Shown here: piece after piece, positions 12,490 through 24,879 of the stretch
How the letters are laid out: every line of letters begins with the position of its first letter
Position numbering within the stretch: position 1 is the stretch's first letter
NCBI RefSeq assembly: GCF_044704955.1
Contig: NW_027250833.1
Coordinates: forward strand, 62,001 to 97,041
Reading direction: 5' to 3'
DNA: 35,041 nt
DNA from: Pristiophorus japonicus
Lineage: Eukaryota
Program-made: the position numbers and the translations under genes
Notes under the pieces: model-generated
What the model was told of the DNA's origin: nothing
Databases searched by the model: none
Seen by the model: only the letters and a program-made list of their open reading frames with translations

Positions 12490-13578
12490 GGGCGGGGTGG
12501 GGGGGGGGGGGGAAAGAGTAATGTCCCATTGATCCAGTGACGGGGGAGGGGGGAATGTCCCATTGATCCAGTGACGGGGGGGGGGGGGGGAATGTCCCAT
12601 TGATCCAGTGACGGGGGGGGGGGGGGGGATGTTCCATTGATCCAGTGACGGGGGGGGTGGGGAAATGTTCCATTGATCCAGTGACGGGGGGGGGGGGAAA
12701 TGTTCCATTGATCCAGTGACGGGGGGGGGGGGGGGATGTTCCATTGATCCAGTGACGGGGGGGGGGGGGGGGGATATTCCATTGATCCAATGACGGGGGG
12801 GGGGGGAATGTTCCATTGATCCAGTGACATGGGGGGTGGGGGGGCGGAGGGGAATGTCCAATTGATCCATTGAAAGGGGGGTGGGAATGTCCCATTGATC
12901 CAGTGACGGGGGGGGGGGGGAATGTCCCATTGATCCAGTGACGGGGGGGGGGGATGTTCCATTGATCCAGTGACGGGGGGGGGGGAAATGTTCCATTGAT
13001 CCAGTGACGGGGGGGGGGGGGGTGTTCCATTGATCCAGTGACGGGGGGGGGGGGGGATGTTCCATTGATCCAGTGACGTGGGGGGTGGGGGGGCGGAGGG
13101 GAATGTCCAATTGATCCATTGAAAGGGGGGTGGGAATGTCCCATTGATCCAGTGACGGGGGGGGGGGGAATGTTCCATTGATCCAGTGACGGGGGGGGGG
13201 TATGTTCCATTGATCCAGTGACGTGGGGGGGGGGAAGGGGAATGTCCAATTGATCCAGTGATGGGGGGGGGGAAATGTCCCATTGATCCAGTGACGGGGG
13301 GGGGGGGAATGTTCCATTGATCCAGTGACGGGGGGGAGGGGATGTTCCATTGATCCAGTGAAAGGGGTGGGGGGAATGTCCCAATGATCCAGTGAAAGGG
13401 AGGGACGTAATGTCCCAATGATCCAGTGACGGGGGGGTGGGGAATGATCCATTGATCCAGTGACGGGGGGGGGGGGGGATGTTCCATTGATCCAGTGAAA
13501 GGGGTGGGGGGAATGTCCCAATGATCCAGTGAAAGGGAGGGACGTAATGTCCCATTGATCCAGTGAAAGGCGGGGGGG
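12490..13578. repeat. Minisatellite CCATTGATCCAGTGAC(G)nAATGT(T/C) with long variable poly-G runs
   Basis: Visible tandem array; produces the poly-Pro ORFs on the minus strand. Confidence 0.96.
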
Positions 13579-13701
13579 CGTCTTTAATGATGTTGGTCCT
13601 GAGGCACATTGCTGAGAAAGGACACAGCAGCCCGACTGGTGCCCTGCACAACCCGATAGGTTTTGGATGAAAACTCTGGGTAGCAGAAATAGAAAGGGTT
13701 C

Positions 13702-14268
13702 CACACCTGGAGTATTGTGTACAGTTTTGGTCTCCTAATCTGAGGAAGGACGTTCTTGCTATTGAGGGAGTGCAGCGAAGATTCACCAGACTGATTCCAG
13801 GGATGGCTGGACTGTCATATGAGGAGAGACTGGATCAACTGGGCCTGTATTCACTGGAGTTTAGAAGAATGAGAGGGGATCTCATAGAGACATATAAGAT
13901 TCTGACGGGACTAGACAAGTTAGATGCAGGAAGAATGTTCCCGATGTTGGGGAAGTCCAGAACCAGGGGTCACAGTCTGAGGATAAGGGGTAGGCCATTT
14001 AGGACTGTGATGAGGAGAAACTTCTTCACTCAGAGAGTTGTTAACCTGTGGAATTCCCTGCCACAGAGAGTTGTTGATGCCAGTTCATTGGACATATTCA
14101 AGAGGGAGTTAGATGTGGCCCTTACGGCTAAAGGGATCAAGGGGTATGGTTAGAAAGCCGGAAAGGGGTACTGAAGGAATGATCAGCCATGATCTTATTG
14201 AATGGTGGTGCAGGCTCGAAGGGCCGAATGGCATACTCCTGCACCTATTTTCTATGTTTCTATGTATC
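13702..14268 (+). mobile_element. CR1-type LINE 3' fragment with (TTTCTATG)n tail
   Basis: HLEYCVQFWSP...QRRFTRLIPGMAGLSYEERLDQLGLYSLEFRRMRGDLIETYKIL...RTRGHSLRIRG; tail ttttctatgtttctatgt. Confidence 0.94.
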
Positions 14269-14579
14269 ATTCACCCAGCTCCCGGATACTGACATCAGTC
14301 AACGACAGGAGCTCAATGATCACAAGGAATTCAAGTTTGGGAAGTGGTTTTATAAATTCCCCTCCCCTCCTCCCCCTGAGTAAACGGAATGAAGTGTCGC
14401 TCGCCCAATAATATCATCATTTTGGAATAACAAGGGGAATATTGCGGCCCTGTGTGGGCTGATGATGGGTGAGCCTCTGTCACTGGGAACTGTTCAATGT
14501 CCAGACTTGATCACTGATGCAAGACAGGGGCTGAGCACCTTCCAAAAACCGCAACATTTAACATCAGCACCGTGCAGAC

Positions 14580-17500
14580 TCAACCTGGGTTTGATAATCA
14601 CTGACTATACATGGTGTATATTAAACCTGGGTTTGATAATCACTGACTATACACGGTGTATATTAAACCTGGGTTTGATAATCACTGACTATACACGGTG
14701 TATATTAAACCTGGGTTTGATAATCACTGACTATACACGGTGTATATTAAACCTGGGTTTGATAATCACTGACTATACACGGTGTATATTAAACCTGGGT
14801 TTGATAATCACTGACTATATACGGTGTATATTAAACCTGGGTTTGATAATCACTGACTATACACGGTGTATATTAAACCTGGGTTTGAGAATCACTGACT
14901 ATATACGGTGTATATTAAACCTGGGTTTGATAATCACTGACTATATACGGTGTATATTAAACCTGGGTTTGATAATCACTGACTATACATGGTGTATATT
15001 AAACCTGGGTTTGATAATCACTGACTATACACGGTGTATATTAAACCTGGGCTTGATAATCACTGACTATACATGGTGTATATTAAACCTGGGTTTGATA
15101 ATCACTGACTATATACGGTGTATATTAAACCTGGGTTTGAGAATCACTGACAATATACGGTGTATATTAAACCTGGGTTTGATAATCACTGACTATATAC
15201 GGTGTATATTAAACCTGGGTTTGAGAATCACTGACTATATACGGTGTATATTAAACCTGGGTTTGATAATCACTGACTATATACGGTGTATATTAAACCT
15301 GGGTTTGATAATCACTGACTATACACGGTGTATATTAAACCTGGGTTTGATAATCACTGACTATATACGGTGTATATTAAACCTGGGTTTGAGAATCACT
15401 GACTATATACGGTGTATATTAAACCTGTGTTTGATAATCACTGACTATATACGGTGTATATTAAACCTGGGTATGATAATCGCTGACTATATACAGTGTA
15501 TATTAAACCTGGGTTTGATAATCACTGACTATACACGGTGTATATTAAACCTGGGTTTGATAATCACTGATTATACACAGTGTATATTAAACCTGGGTTT
15601 GATAATCACTGACTATATACAGTGTATATTAAACCTGGGTTTGATAATCACTGACTATACACGGTGTATATTAAACCTGGGTTTGAGAATCACTGACTAT
15701 ACACGGTGTATATTACACCTGGGTTTGATAATCACTGACTATACATGGTGTATATTAAACCTGGGTTTGATAATCACTGACTATATACGGTGTATATTAC
15801 ACCTGGGTTTGATACTCACTGACTATATACGGTGTATATTAAACCTGGGTTTGAGAATCACTGACTATACACGGTGTATATTACACCTGGGTTTGAGAAT
15901 CACTGACTATACACGGTGTATATTACACCTGGGTTTGAGAATCACTGACTATACACGGTGTATATTACACCTGGGTTTGAGAATCACTGACTATACATGG
16001 TGTATATTACACCTGGGTTTGATAATCACTGACTATACATGGTGTATATTAAACCTGGGTTTGATAATCACTGACTATATACGGTGTATATTACACCTGG
16101 GTTTGATACTCACTGACTATATACGGTGTATATTAAACCTGGGTTTGAGAATCACTGACTATATACGGTGTATATTACACCTGGGTTTGAGAATCACTGA
16201 CTATACACGGTGTATATTAAACCTGGGTTTGAGAATCACTGATTGCACGGTGTATATTAAACCTGGGTTTGATAATCACTGACTATACACGGTGTATATT
16301 AAACCTGGGTTTGATAATCACTGACTATATACAGTGTATATTAAACCTGGGTTTGAGAATCACTGACTATACACGGTGTATATTACACCTGGGTTTGAGA
16401 ATCACTGACTATATACAGTGTATATTAAACCTGGGTTTGAGAATCACTGACTATACACGGTGTATATTACACCTGGGTTTGAGAATCACTGACTATACAC
16501 GGTGTATATTACACCTGGGTTTGAGAATCACTGACTATACACGGTGTATATTACACCTGGGTTTGAGAATCACTGACTATACACGGTGTATATTACACCT
16601 GGGTTTGATAATCACTGACTATACATGGTGTATATTAAACCTGGGTTTGATAATCACTGACTATATACGGTGTATATTACACCTGGGTTTGATACTCACT
16701 GACTATATACGGTGTATATTAAACCTGGGTTTGAGAATCACTGACTATATACGGTGTATATTACACCTGGGTTTGAGAATCACTGACTATACACGGTGTA
16801 TATTAAACCTGGGTTTGAGAATCACTGATTGCACGGTGTATATTAAACCTGGGTTTGATAATCACTGACTATACACGGTGTATATTAAACCTGGGTTTGA
16901 CAATCACTGACTATATACAGTGTATATTAAACCTGGGTTTGAGAATCACTGATTACACGGTGTATATTAAACCTGGGTTTGATAATCACTGACTATACAC
17001 GGTGTATATTAAACCTGGGTTTGAGAATCACTGACTATACACGGTGTATACTACACCTGGGTTTGAGAATCACTGATTGCACGGTGTACACTACACCTGG
17101 GTTTGAGAATCACTGACTATACACAGTGTACACTACACCTGGGTTTGAGAATCACTGATTACACAGTGTACACTACACCTGGGTTTGAGAATCACTGACT
17201 ATACACGGTGTACACTACACCTGGGTTTGAGAATCACTGATTACACAGTGTACACTACACCTGGGTTTGAGAATCACTGACTATACACGGTGTACACTAC
17301 ACCTGGGTTTGAGAATCACTGACTATACACGGTGTACACTACACCTGGGTTTGAGAATCACTGATTGCACGGTGTACACTACACCTGGGTTTGAGAATCA
17401 CTGACTATACACGGTGTACACTACACCTGGGTTTGAGAATCACTGATTACACACGCTGTACACTACACCTGGGTTTAAGAATCACTGACTATACACGGTG

Positions 17501-17788
17501 TACACTATACCTGGGTTTGAGAATCACTGACTATACACGGTGTACACTACACCTGGGTTTGAGAATCACTGACTATACACGGTGTACACTACACCTGGGT
17601 TTGAGAATCACTGATTGCACGCTGTACACTACACCTGGGTTTGAGAATTACTGACTATACACGGTGTACACTACACCTGGGTTTGAGAATCACTGATTGC
17701 ACGGTGTACACTACACCTGGGTTTGAGAATCACTGATTGCACGGTGTACACTACACCTGGGTTTGAGAATCACTGATTGCACGCTGTG
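14580..17788. repeat. Minisatellite, 42-bp unit AAACCTGGGTTTGATAATCACTGACTATACACGGTGTATATT (40-bp variants at the 3' end)
   Basis: Visible tandem array; the 14-aa periodic ORF CILNLGLIITDYTR is its translation. Confidence 0.97.
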
Positions 17789-18294
17789 ACAAGTCTCAAT
17801 GTGACCAATCCCAATCCAACAGCATTTCTGTTCAAAATGCCGGGGAGAGGAACAGAGACGATCTTTAAATGAATCAAAGACACGGTCCTGTCAGACAGAG
17901 ACTGTGCTCACACAGCAGCTCAATCTGCAGCCGGAGGGAGTGATTCCCGGTACTCATTAAAGGTTTCAATCCTGACCCAGAGATGGCCATCCTGCCTCCT
18001 CCCTCTCCCAGTGTTGAGATTACATATACACAGGGTAAACATTGCCTGAGTTGTGACACACAGTGAATGTGTGTGTGTGAATAGCGCTCAGAACAGTGAG
18101 CTGCGAGGTTTCTGAAGTGACCATGGTCCTGTGAGAGACAGTGTAAAGGGGGAATGTGTGAAGGATGTCACTGGCCCCGAGGGTGTGTGAGCTGCAGATT
18201 TAGGCATTCACAGCGTGTGCCCAAACCCACAGCAATCCTCGCCACAGGTCGCACACATCCGGATAAAGGGCCTCCGCGGGCAGATAGTTGGGCT

Positions 18295-18622
18295 GCCTGC
18301 CCTGCCCCTGACCCTGCCCCCTGACCCTGACCCTGCCCCCTGACCCTGACCCTGCCCCTGCCCCTGCCCCCTGCCCCTGACCCTGCCCCTGACCCTGCCC
18401 CTGCCTCTGCCCCTGCCCCTGACCCTGACCCTGCCCCTGACCCTGACCCTGACCCTGCCCCAGGCCCTGACCTGGCCCCCAGCCCCTGACCCTGCCCCAG
18501 GCCCTGGCCCTCTGCCCCAGGCCCCCTGCCCCGGCCCTCTGCCCCGGCTCCTGACCCTGCCCCGGGCCCTGGCCCTCTGCCCCGGCTCCTGACCCTGCCA
18601 CGGCCCCTGGGCCCCTGCCCCA
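18295..18622. repeat. Hexamer-type simple repeat (CCCTGC/CCCTGA)n, degenerating 3'
   Basis: Directly visible. Confidence 0.93.
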
Positions 18623-18937
18623 GGACCAACAATTTTTCCAAGTGATAGAAGCAGGTGTAAGGCCTGCTTTAATCAGCATAAGACTTTTAAAGGACAGAAA
18701 AATGCATTTTCAATAATTTAAACATTTAAAATCCTATTAAATAAGGTAAGTTTATTTGTGGACCCTTTAAAATATGTAAATTTATTTTTCAAAAAATTAA
18801 ATTTTTGTTTTTAATAATTACATTTCCTTTTGATGAATTTTAAATATGTGATGGTTTAGAACATGTATATTATAACTGTGTTGTGGAGGTATTCCCGTTC
18901 AAATTGACGCAGACAAAAATTGTCACCGAGCCAAAGG

Positions 18938-19330
18938 AAGGAAAGACTTGCATTTATATAGCGCCTGTCACCAGCACCGGACGCCTCAAAGCGCTTTCCA
19001 GCCAATGAAGCACTGTCTGTAGTCAGTGTTGTAATGTGGGAATATTGTGAAGCAGGAGAAAGAAGGAGAGTGACCAAAAGCTGGGTCACGGGGCAAGCTG
19101 TGTCCCAGGGAGAGAGAGGGTGACAAGCCATGAGGTTTAGGAGGGAGTTCCTGAGGTTCGGGCCCAGACACGGGGCTGAAGCCACGGGTGGCTGACAGTT
19201 TTGGGGCGATGGGAGTGCAGGATGTACAAGAGGCCAGAGTTGAGGAATGCAGGGTTCCCGGAGGGGCTGTAGGGCTGGAGAAGGATAGAGAGATGAGGGA
19301 GAGGTGAGACCATGGAGAGATTGGACACTG
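18938..19330 (-). mobile_element. Degenerate L2/SINE 3' remnant
   Basis: aaagacttgcatttatatagcgcc tail shared with the element at 24880, and segments similar to the L2 at 23380-23560 (gggagttcc..., gggctggag..., ccatgga). Confidence 0.65.
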
Positions 19331-19671
19331 GGCTCGCTGTGAATGGTGAGGAGGGGTCCTCATTGCCTCAGTGTGTGCTCGATGTCACAGATCGATGCAC
19401 AGCCCTACATGGGGGCTCTGAGCAAACCAGCATTTCTCCCATTTCACTCAGCAGTCTGCATCTCTCGCTGCATTTCACAAAGCAGGGATTGCATTTTATT
19501 AACATGTCGCTCAGCCCCATTGCAGTCCCCGCTGGGGATCTGTTGTTCAGGGTTACAGCGAGTGGATCCAAAACGGCTCGGGTGGATCCCTGACGTTCTG
19601 ATTATGTTTTCTCCGTCAATTTACAAGCCAAGAAATGCAAGATGGGGGCGTCGCTCCCCTGTGCCCCTGAT

Positions 19672-20815
19672 TGGGGGAGGGGTAACCTCCTATGGGGGAG
19701 GGGTAACCTCCTGGCGGGGGGGGGGGTGTAATCTGGTAATAAGAACATAAGAACATAAGAATTAGGAACAGGAGTAGGCCATCTAGCCCCTCGAGCCTGC
19801 TCCACCATTCAACAAGATCATGGCTGATCTGGCCGTGGACTCAGCTCCACTTACCCGCCCGCTCCCCGTAACCCTTAATTCCCTTATTAGTTAAACATCT
19901 ATCTATCTGTGACTTGAATACATTCAATGAGCTAGCCTCAACTGCTTCCTTGGGCAGAGAATTCCACAGATTCACAACCCTCTGGGAGAAGAAATTCCTT
20001 CTCAGCTCAGTTTTAAATTGGCTCCCCCGTATTTTGAGGCTGTGCCCCCTAGTTCTAGTCTCCCCGACCGGTGGAAACAACCTCTCTGCCTCTATCTTGT
20101 CTATCCCTTTCATTATTTTAAATGTTTCTATAAGATCACCCCTCATCCTTCTGAACTCCAACAAGTAAAGACCCAGTCTACTCAATCTATCATCATAAGG
20201 TAACCCCCTCATCTCCGGACTCAGCCTAGTGAATCGTCTCTGTACCCTCTCCAAAGCCAGTATATCCTTCCTTAAGTAAGGCGACCAAAACTGCACGCAG
20301 TACTCCAGGTGCGGCCTCACCAATACCCTATACAGTTGCAGCAGGACCTCCCTGCTTTTGTACTCCATCCCTCTCGCAATGAAGGCCAACATTCCATTCG
20401 CCTTCCTGATTACCTGCTGCACCTGCAAACTAACTTTTTGGGATTCATGCACAAGGACCCCCAGGTCCCTCTGCACCGCAGCATGTTGTAATTTCTCCCC
20501 ATTCAAATAATATTCCCTTTTACTGTTTTTTTCCCAAGGTGGATGACCTCACACTTTCCGACATTGTATTCCATCTGCCAAACCTTAGCCCATTCGCTTA
20601 ACCTATCTAAATCTCTTTGCAGCCTCTCTGTGTCCTCTACACAACCCGCTTTCCCACTAATCCCCTGGGGGCGGGGGGTAACCTCCTGGGGGGGAGGGGG
20701 AGAGTAACCTCCTGGGAGGGGTGGGGGGGTAACCTCCTGGGCCGGGCGGGGTAACCTCCTGGGGGGGAGGGGGGAGGAACCTCCTGGGTCGGGGGGGGAA
20801 CCTCCTGGGGATGGC
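19672..20815. repeat. Short G-rich minisatellite (G)nTAACCTCCTGG, split by the CR1 insertion (left part 19672-19730, right part 20665-20815)
   Basis: The same unit is on both sides of the CR1 copy. Confidence 0.8.
19741..20661 (-). mobile_element. Young 5'-truncated CR1 LINE (~920 bp) with (TTCTTATG)n tail
   Basis: ORF2 C-terminal translation ...LYRVLVRPHLEYCVQFWSPYLRKDILALE...RRMRGDLIETFKIMKG; AAGAACATAAGAACATAAG tail on +; nearly identical to 29121-30040. Confidence 0.96.
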
Positions 20816-21755
20816 GGGACTTTTAGGGCCCAGCACGGAATTGCTCTCACTGCTCCTCGAAGGAAGCGTAGCGCTCCCCTCCCCCTTCCCCGGTTGAAAA
20901 GCCCCCGACCTCTCCCCCCCTGCCCCCCCCCCCCCCCGGAGGCGCTATCAGGACCAATCTCACCCTCTGATACCTTTCCAACACCCCAGGGATGTCCCAA
21001 TGTGAGATTTGCTCCAGGTTTAGCTGCAGTGCTGCTTGATCGAGTATCAACCCCAGATATTACACATTGAAAAGGACTCTGGTTTAAACTGTTGAAACTC
21101 ACTTCCGCCCTGACCTTCCGTCACGGAGCATCAATCTTTTTCTTCCCTCGGGAGCAGCAAAGCAAATCAAACATCAATATCTCAGTCAGATCTCCAGGCC
21201 CAAGCTCCCGGTGTAACAGTGTGGAGGTCCTGCAGGCTGCCTGTGTATTCCCTCTGGGGGCAGGGCTCGATGATGTGCTCCAGGGTCTGATTAGGAGCTC
21301 CACAGTCACACGATGGGGAGGCTTTAATCTCCCACCCCTGGAGAAGGTGGCAGCATCGACCGTGACCGGTTCTGAGGCGGTCGATGGTTGCCCACTGTTT
21401 GTGAGGAAGGTTTGATCCTTCAGGTTGTACTGTGGGCCCCTCGATAATCCGTTCCGTATGTCACACTTCTTCCAAGCATTTCGCCTTCGGTCATCGAGAC
21501 TGAGGGGAGATCTCTGAAAGGCTTCAGCGATGGCCCAAAATGGCGGTCTAGATTGGAGACAGGTTGGGGATCCTTTCTCCATAACATGGACTTCCCCACG
21601 TTTCATGCCAGAGCCATTGGACTGGGCACAGAATGTGTTCTCCTTGGCACTGGTCTCTCAAAGGACCATCAATAGAAAAGTCTCTCGAGATTCTGAAGCC
21701 GCCTGGCACCAGGCATTGTCCATTCTTCTGAAAGTTTTCCCTTTCTCATTCCCAG

Positions 21756-22058
21756 AAATGTCTGTTTTTATTCGAAATCCTTCTATGGAAGAGGTTTGGA
21801 TCAGTGGGACTGCTACCCTGGTGTGTGAAGTGTTCTGTGCCGATCCGAACCCGGTCGAAATCTCCTGGAAGGTGAGCGGGCTGGACAGAAGTGAAGGTGT
21901 TAATACTCAGCAACTGAGAGAGGAAGGGACCCTGTACAGAGTCGTCAGTCAACTGCGAACCAGCGTGGAGGAGTGGAGCAGTGGGGTAGAGTACATGTGC
22001 TCTGCCCACCGGACTTCCTCGTCCTCACCAGTGTCAGTACGGACAAGCCGTGCAAAAG
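21756..22058 (+). CDS. IgW: Ig heavy chain constant exon, probable IgW CH3 (homologous to IgNAR C2)
   Basis: Acceptor ttttccctttctcattcccag|21756, donor AAG|gtgggc; 303 bp, phase 1/1; MSVFIRNPSMEEVWISGTATLVCEV...ISW...VEEWSSGVEYMCSA. Confidence 0.92.
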
Positions 22059-22136
22059 GTGGGCAAAGGATCAGAAATGTAACGCCTGGCTTTGGTAACC
22101 GCGAGGGAAAGAGTTTAACACTGTCTCTGTTTCCAG

Positions 22137-22454
22137 TTCACACACAGGGTCCCAACGTCCGACTGCTGCCTCCACCGGCCCAAGGCACCCAGAGCAGAAA
22201 CACGGCCACCCTCGAGTGCATGATCACCGGATTCTACCCGAACATCATACACGTCTCCTGGGAGAAGGACCACTCTCCCATCTCCTCCAACACCAGCGCT
22301 GCTCGCACCATGCTGGAGCAGGCAGGGACTTTCAGTGCCAGCCACTTCCTGACTGTGAGCACAGAGGAGTGGAAGAAAGGTTCAGTCTTCACCTGCACAG
22401 TCTCTCATCCATCGTCCAACACCAACACCAGCCGGGACGTCAAGGATGACCAAG
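22137..22454 (+). CDS. IgW: Ig heavy chain constant exon, probable IgW CH4 (homologous to IgNAR C3)
   Basis: Acceptor ctgtctctgtttccag|22137, donor AAG|gtaggg; 318 bp, phase 1/1; PNVRLLPP...ATLECMITGFYP..VSW...EEWKKGSVFTCTVSH. Confidence 0.92.
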
Positions 22455-22569
22455 GTAGGGTCCCGGGGCCTGACTCCAATATTCACCTCCTTTGGCCCCA
22501 CTGCTATCAACTCGACTAGAGCCAGACACATTCAACACTGACCACATAGCTCATGTAGTGGACCAGTTA

Positions 22570-23197
22570 GAGTTTACTGACGTTGTAACTGGCACAGTAG
22601 ATAAGGGGGAACCAGTGGATGTGGTCTATTTAGATTTTCAGAAGGCATTCGATAAGGTGCCTCACAAGAGGCTATTAAACAAAATTAGGGCTCATGGGAT
22701 TGGGGGTAATATACTAGCATGGATTGAGGATTGGTTAATGGACAGAACACAGAGAGTAGGAATAAATGGGTCATTTTCGGGTTGGCAGGCTGTAACTAGT
22801 TGGGTGCCGCTGGGGTTAGTGCTGGGGCCCCAGATATTTACAATCTATATCAGTGATTTGGATGAGGGGACCAAATATAATATATCCAAGTTTGCTGATG
22901 ATACAAAGCTAGGTAGGAATGTAAGTTGTGAGGAGGATGCAAAGAGGCTTCAAGGGGATACAGACAGGCTCAGTGAGTGGGCAAGAACATGGCAAATGGA
23001 ATATAATGTGGAGAAATGTGAAGTTATCCACTTTGGTAGGAAAAATAGGAAAGTGTTTCCCCCGGGCTGGGGAGTCTAGAACCAGGGGTCACAGTCTCAG
23101 GATCAGGGGTCGGCCATTTAGGACTGAGATGAGGAGAAACCTCTTCACTCAGAGGGTGGTGAATCTGGAATTCTCTGCCCCAGAGGGCTGTGGAGTA
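22570..23197 (+). mobile_element. CR1 LINE reverse-transcriptase fragment with an internal deletion near 23053
   Basis: VDVVYLDFQKAFDKVPHKRL...SKFADDTKL...VIHFGRKN joins directly to the much later FP..GESRTRGHSLRIRG segment. Confidence 0.92.
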
Positions 23198-23201
23198 TAT
23201 T

Positions 23202-24075
23202 CAACAACAACAACAAAAACTTGTATTTATATAGCAATGTAGCACCTTTAAGGTAATAAAAGTCCCAAGGTGCTTCACAGGAGTATTATGGGATAGAAAT
23301 GCACCGAGCCGCATAAGTAGAAATTAGTGCAGGTGACCGGAGGTAGGTTTTAAGGAGCGTCTTGAAGGGGGAAAGAGAGGCAGGGAGTTCCAGAGCTTAG
23401 GGCCCAGGCAACAGAAGGCACGGCCACCAATGGTTGAGTGATTATAATCAGGGATGCTCAGGAAGGCAGATTTAGAGGAGCGCAGACATCTCAGGAGTTG
23501 TGGGGCTGGAGGAGATTACAGAGATAGGGAGGGACGAGGCCATGGAAGAATTTGAAAATAAGGATGAGCATTTTGAAATCGAGGTGTCGCCTAACCGGAA
23601 GCCAATGTAGGTCAGCGAGCACAGGGGGTGATGGGTGAGCGGGACTTGGTGCGAGTTAGGACACGGGGCAGCGAGCACAGGGGGTGATGGGTGAGCGGGA
23701 CTTGGTGCGAGTTAGGACATGGGGCAGTGAGCACAGGGGGTGATGGGTGAGTGGGACTTGGTGCGAGTTAGGACACAGGCAGCGAGCACAGTGGGTGATG
23801 GGTGAGTGGGACTTGGTGCGAGTTAGGACACGGGGCAGCGAGCACAGGGGGTGATGGGTGAGCGGGACTTGGTGCGAGTTAGGACACAGGCAGCCCACTT
23901 TTGGATCACCTCCAGTTTACATTGAGTAGAATGTGGGAGGCCAGCCAAGAATGCGTTGGAATAGTCAAGTCTGGAGGTAACAAAGGCATGGATGAGGGTT
24001 TCAGCAGTGGAAGAGCTGAGGCAGGGGCGGAGACGGGCGATGTTACGGAGGTGGATATAGGCGGTTTTAGTCATG
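23202..24075 (-). mobile_element. L2-clade LINE 3' fragment with an internal ~60-bp tandem amplification (23615-23895)
   Basis: KTAY.HLRNIARLRPCLSSSTAETLIHAFVTSRLDYSNA.LAGLP...VLTRTKSRSPITP is the L2 ORF2 C-terminal motif; (TTG)n tail appears as CAACAACAACAA at 23202. Confidence 0.88.
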
Positions 24076-24109
24076 CTGTGGCTATGTGGTCGGAGTCAGA
24101 TATGACCCC

Positions 24110-24275
24110 AAGACAGAGATGGATCGATTTTTGGATATTGAGGGAATCGAGGGATTATGAGGACAGTGCAGGAAAGTGGAGTTGAGGTCGAAGATCAGCT
24201 GTGATCCCATTGAATGGCGGAGCAGGCTCGAGGGGCCGAATGGCCGACTCCTGCTCCTAATCCTTCTGGTCTTAT
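24110..24275 (+). mobile_element. Short CR1 3'-end fragment
   Basis: gggattatgagg...gatcagc...gaatggcggagcaggctcgaggggccgaatggccgactcctgctcct matches the other CR1 3' UTRs in the window. Confidence 0.8.
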
Positions 24276-24302
24276 TTAATCCAGAGGCCTGGACTAAAAA
24301 CA

Positions 24303-24715
24303 GAAAGGAACAATTGCAAATATGTTGTGTCTTTCACAACCTCAGGATGTTCCAAAACGCTTCACAGCAAACAAAGTCATGTTTTTATTGCAGTGTAGTC
24401 ACTGCTGTGATGGAGGGGACGAGTCAACCAATTTACACACAGCAAGCTCCCATAAACAGCCATGTGGTGATGGGCAGATAATCTGTTTTGGTGCTGTTGG
24501 TGGAGGTGTGATCTCTCTGGTCCACCCGCGAGTACAGACGGAGCCCTCGATTTAACGTCTGATCTGAAAGAGGGTACATCCAATGGTGCAGCACTCCCTC
24601 AGTGCTGGCAACGGGGAGTGTTGGTGTGGATTATGTGCTCGAGTGTCCGAGGTGGGGCTTCAACACTAACTTTCTGACAAAGGGAGAGGGTGCCGCCAAT
24701 GAGCCGAGACTGACG
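24303..24715 (-). mobile_element. Degenerate SINE (DeuSINE/SacSINE1-like, L2-type tail)
   Basis: Colinear similarity with the 24880-25977 element (cacagcaagctccca, cctcg.tttaa.gt...atctgaaa, gcactccctcagt). Confidence 0.7.
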
Positions 24716-24879
24716 GCGGCAGTTAATAATCCAGGGAACTGAGGCCAACTCCCACCGCAGCACTTTGAGAATTTGAATTCAGTTTTAAAAAGTAAAAACA
24801 GGAAATAAAAAGCTGGTTGAGGGTAAAAGTGACGGAAGCTGTCGGAATGTTGGCGAAAACCCCAAATGTTCCACTGAAA

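Noticed and set aside
12134-13786. Proline-rich, extensin-like minus-strand ORFs (also Gly-rich ORFs at 31995-33677 and 18168-18679)
   Set aside because: These are translations of poly-G or hexamer repeats with run-length frameshifts.
14462-16868. 606-aa ORF with a 14-aa Leu/Cys repeat that looks vaguely LRR-like
   Set aside because: It is the translation of the 42-bp minisatellite; 2-bp deletions break the frame and there are no convincing exon boundaries.
18209-18240. CACAGCG...ACAGCAATC as a possible RSS
   Set aside because: Imperfect heptamer, 13-nt spacer, 6/9 nonamer match, and no adjacent V, D or J segment.
22455-22519. CH4 read-through tail ending WPHCYQLD*
   Set aside because: No tailpiece motif; the nearby ATTAAA/AATAAA hexamers are inside CR1 sequence.
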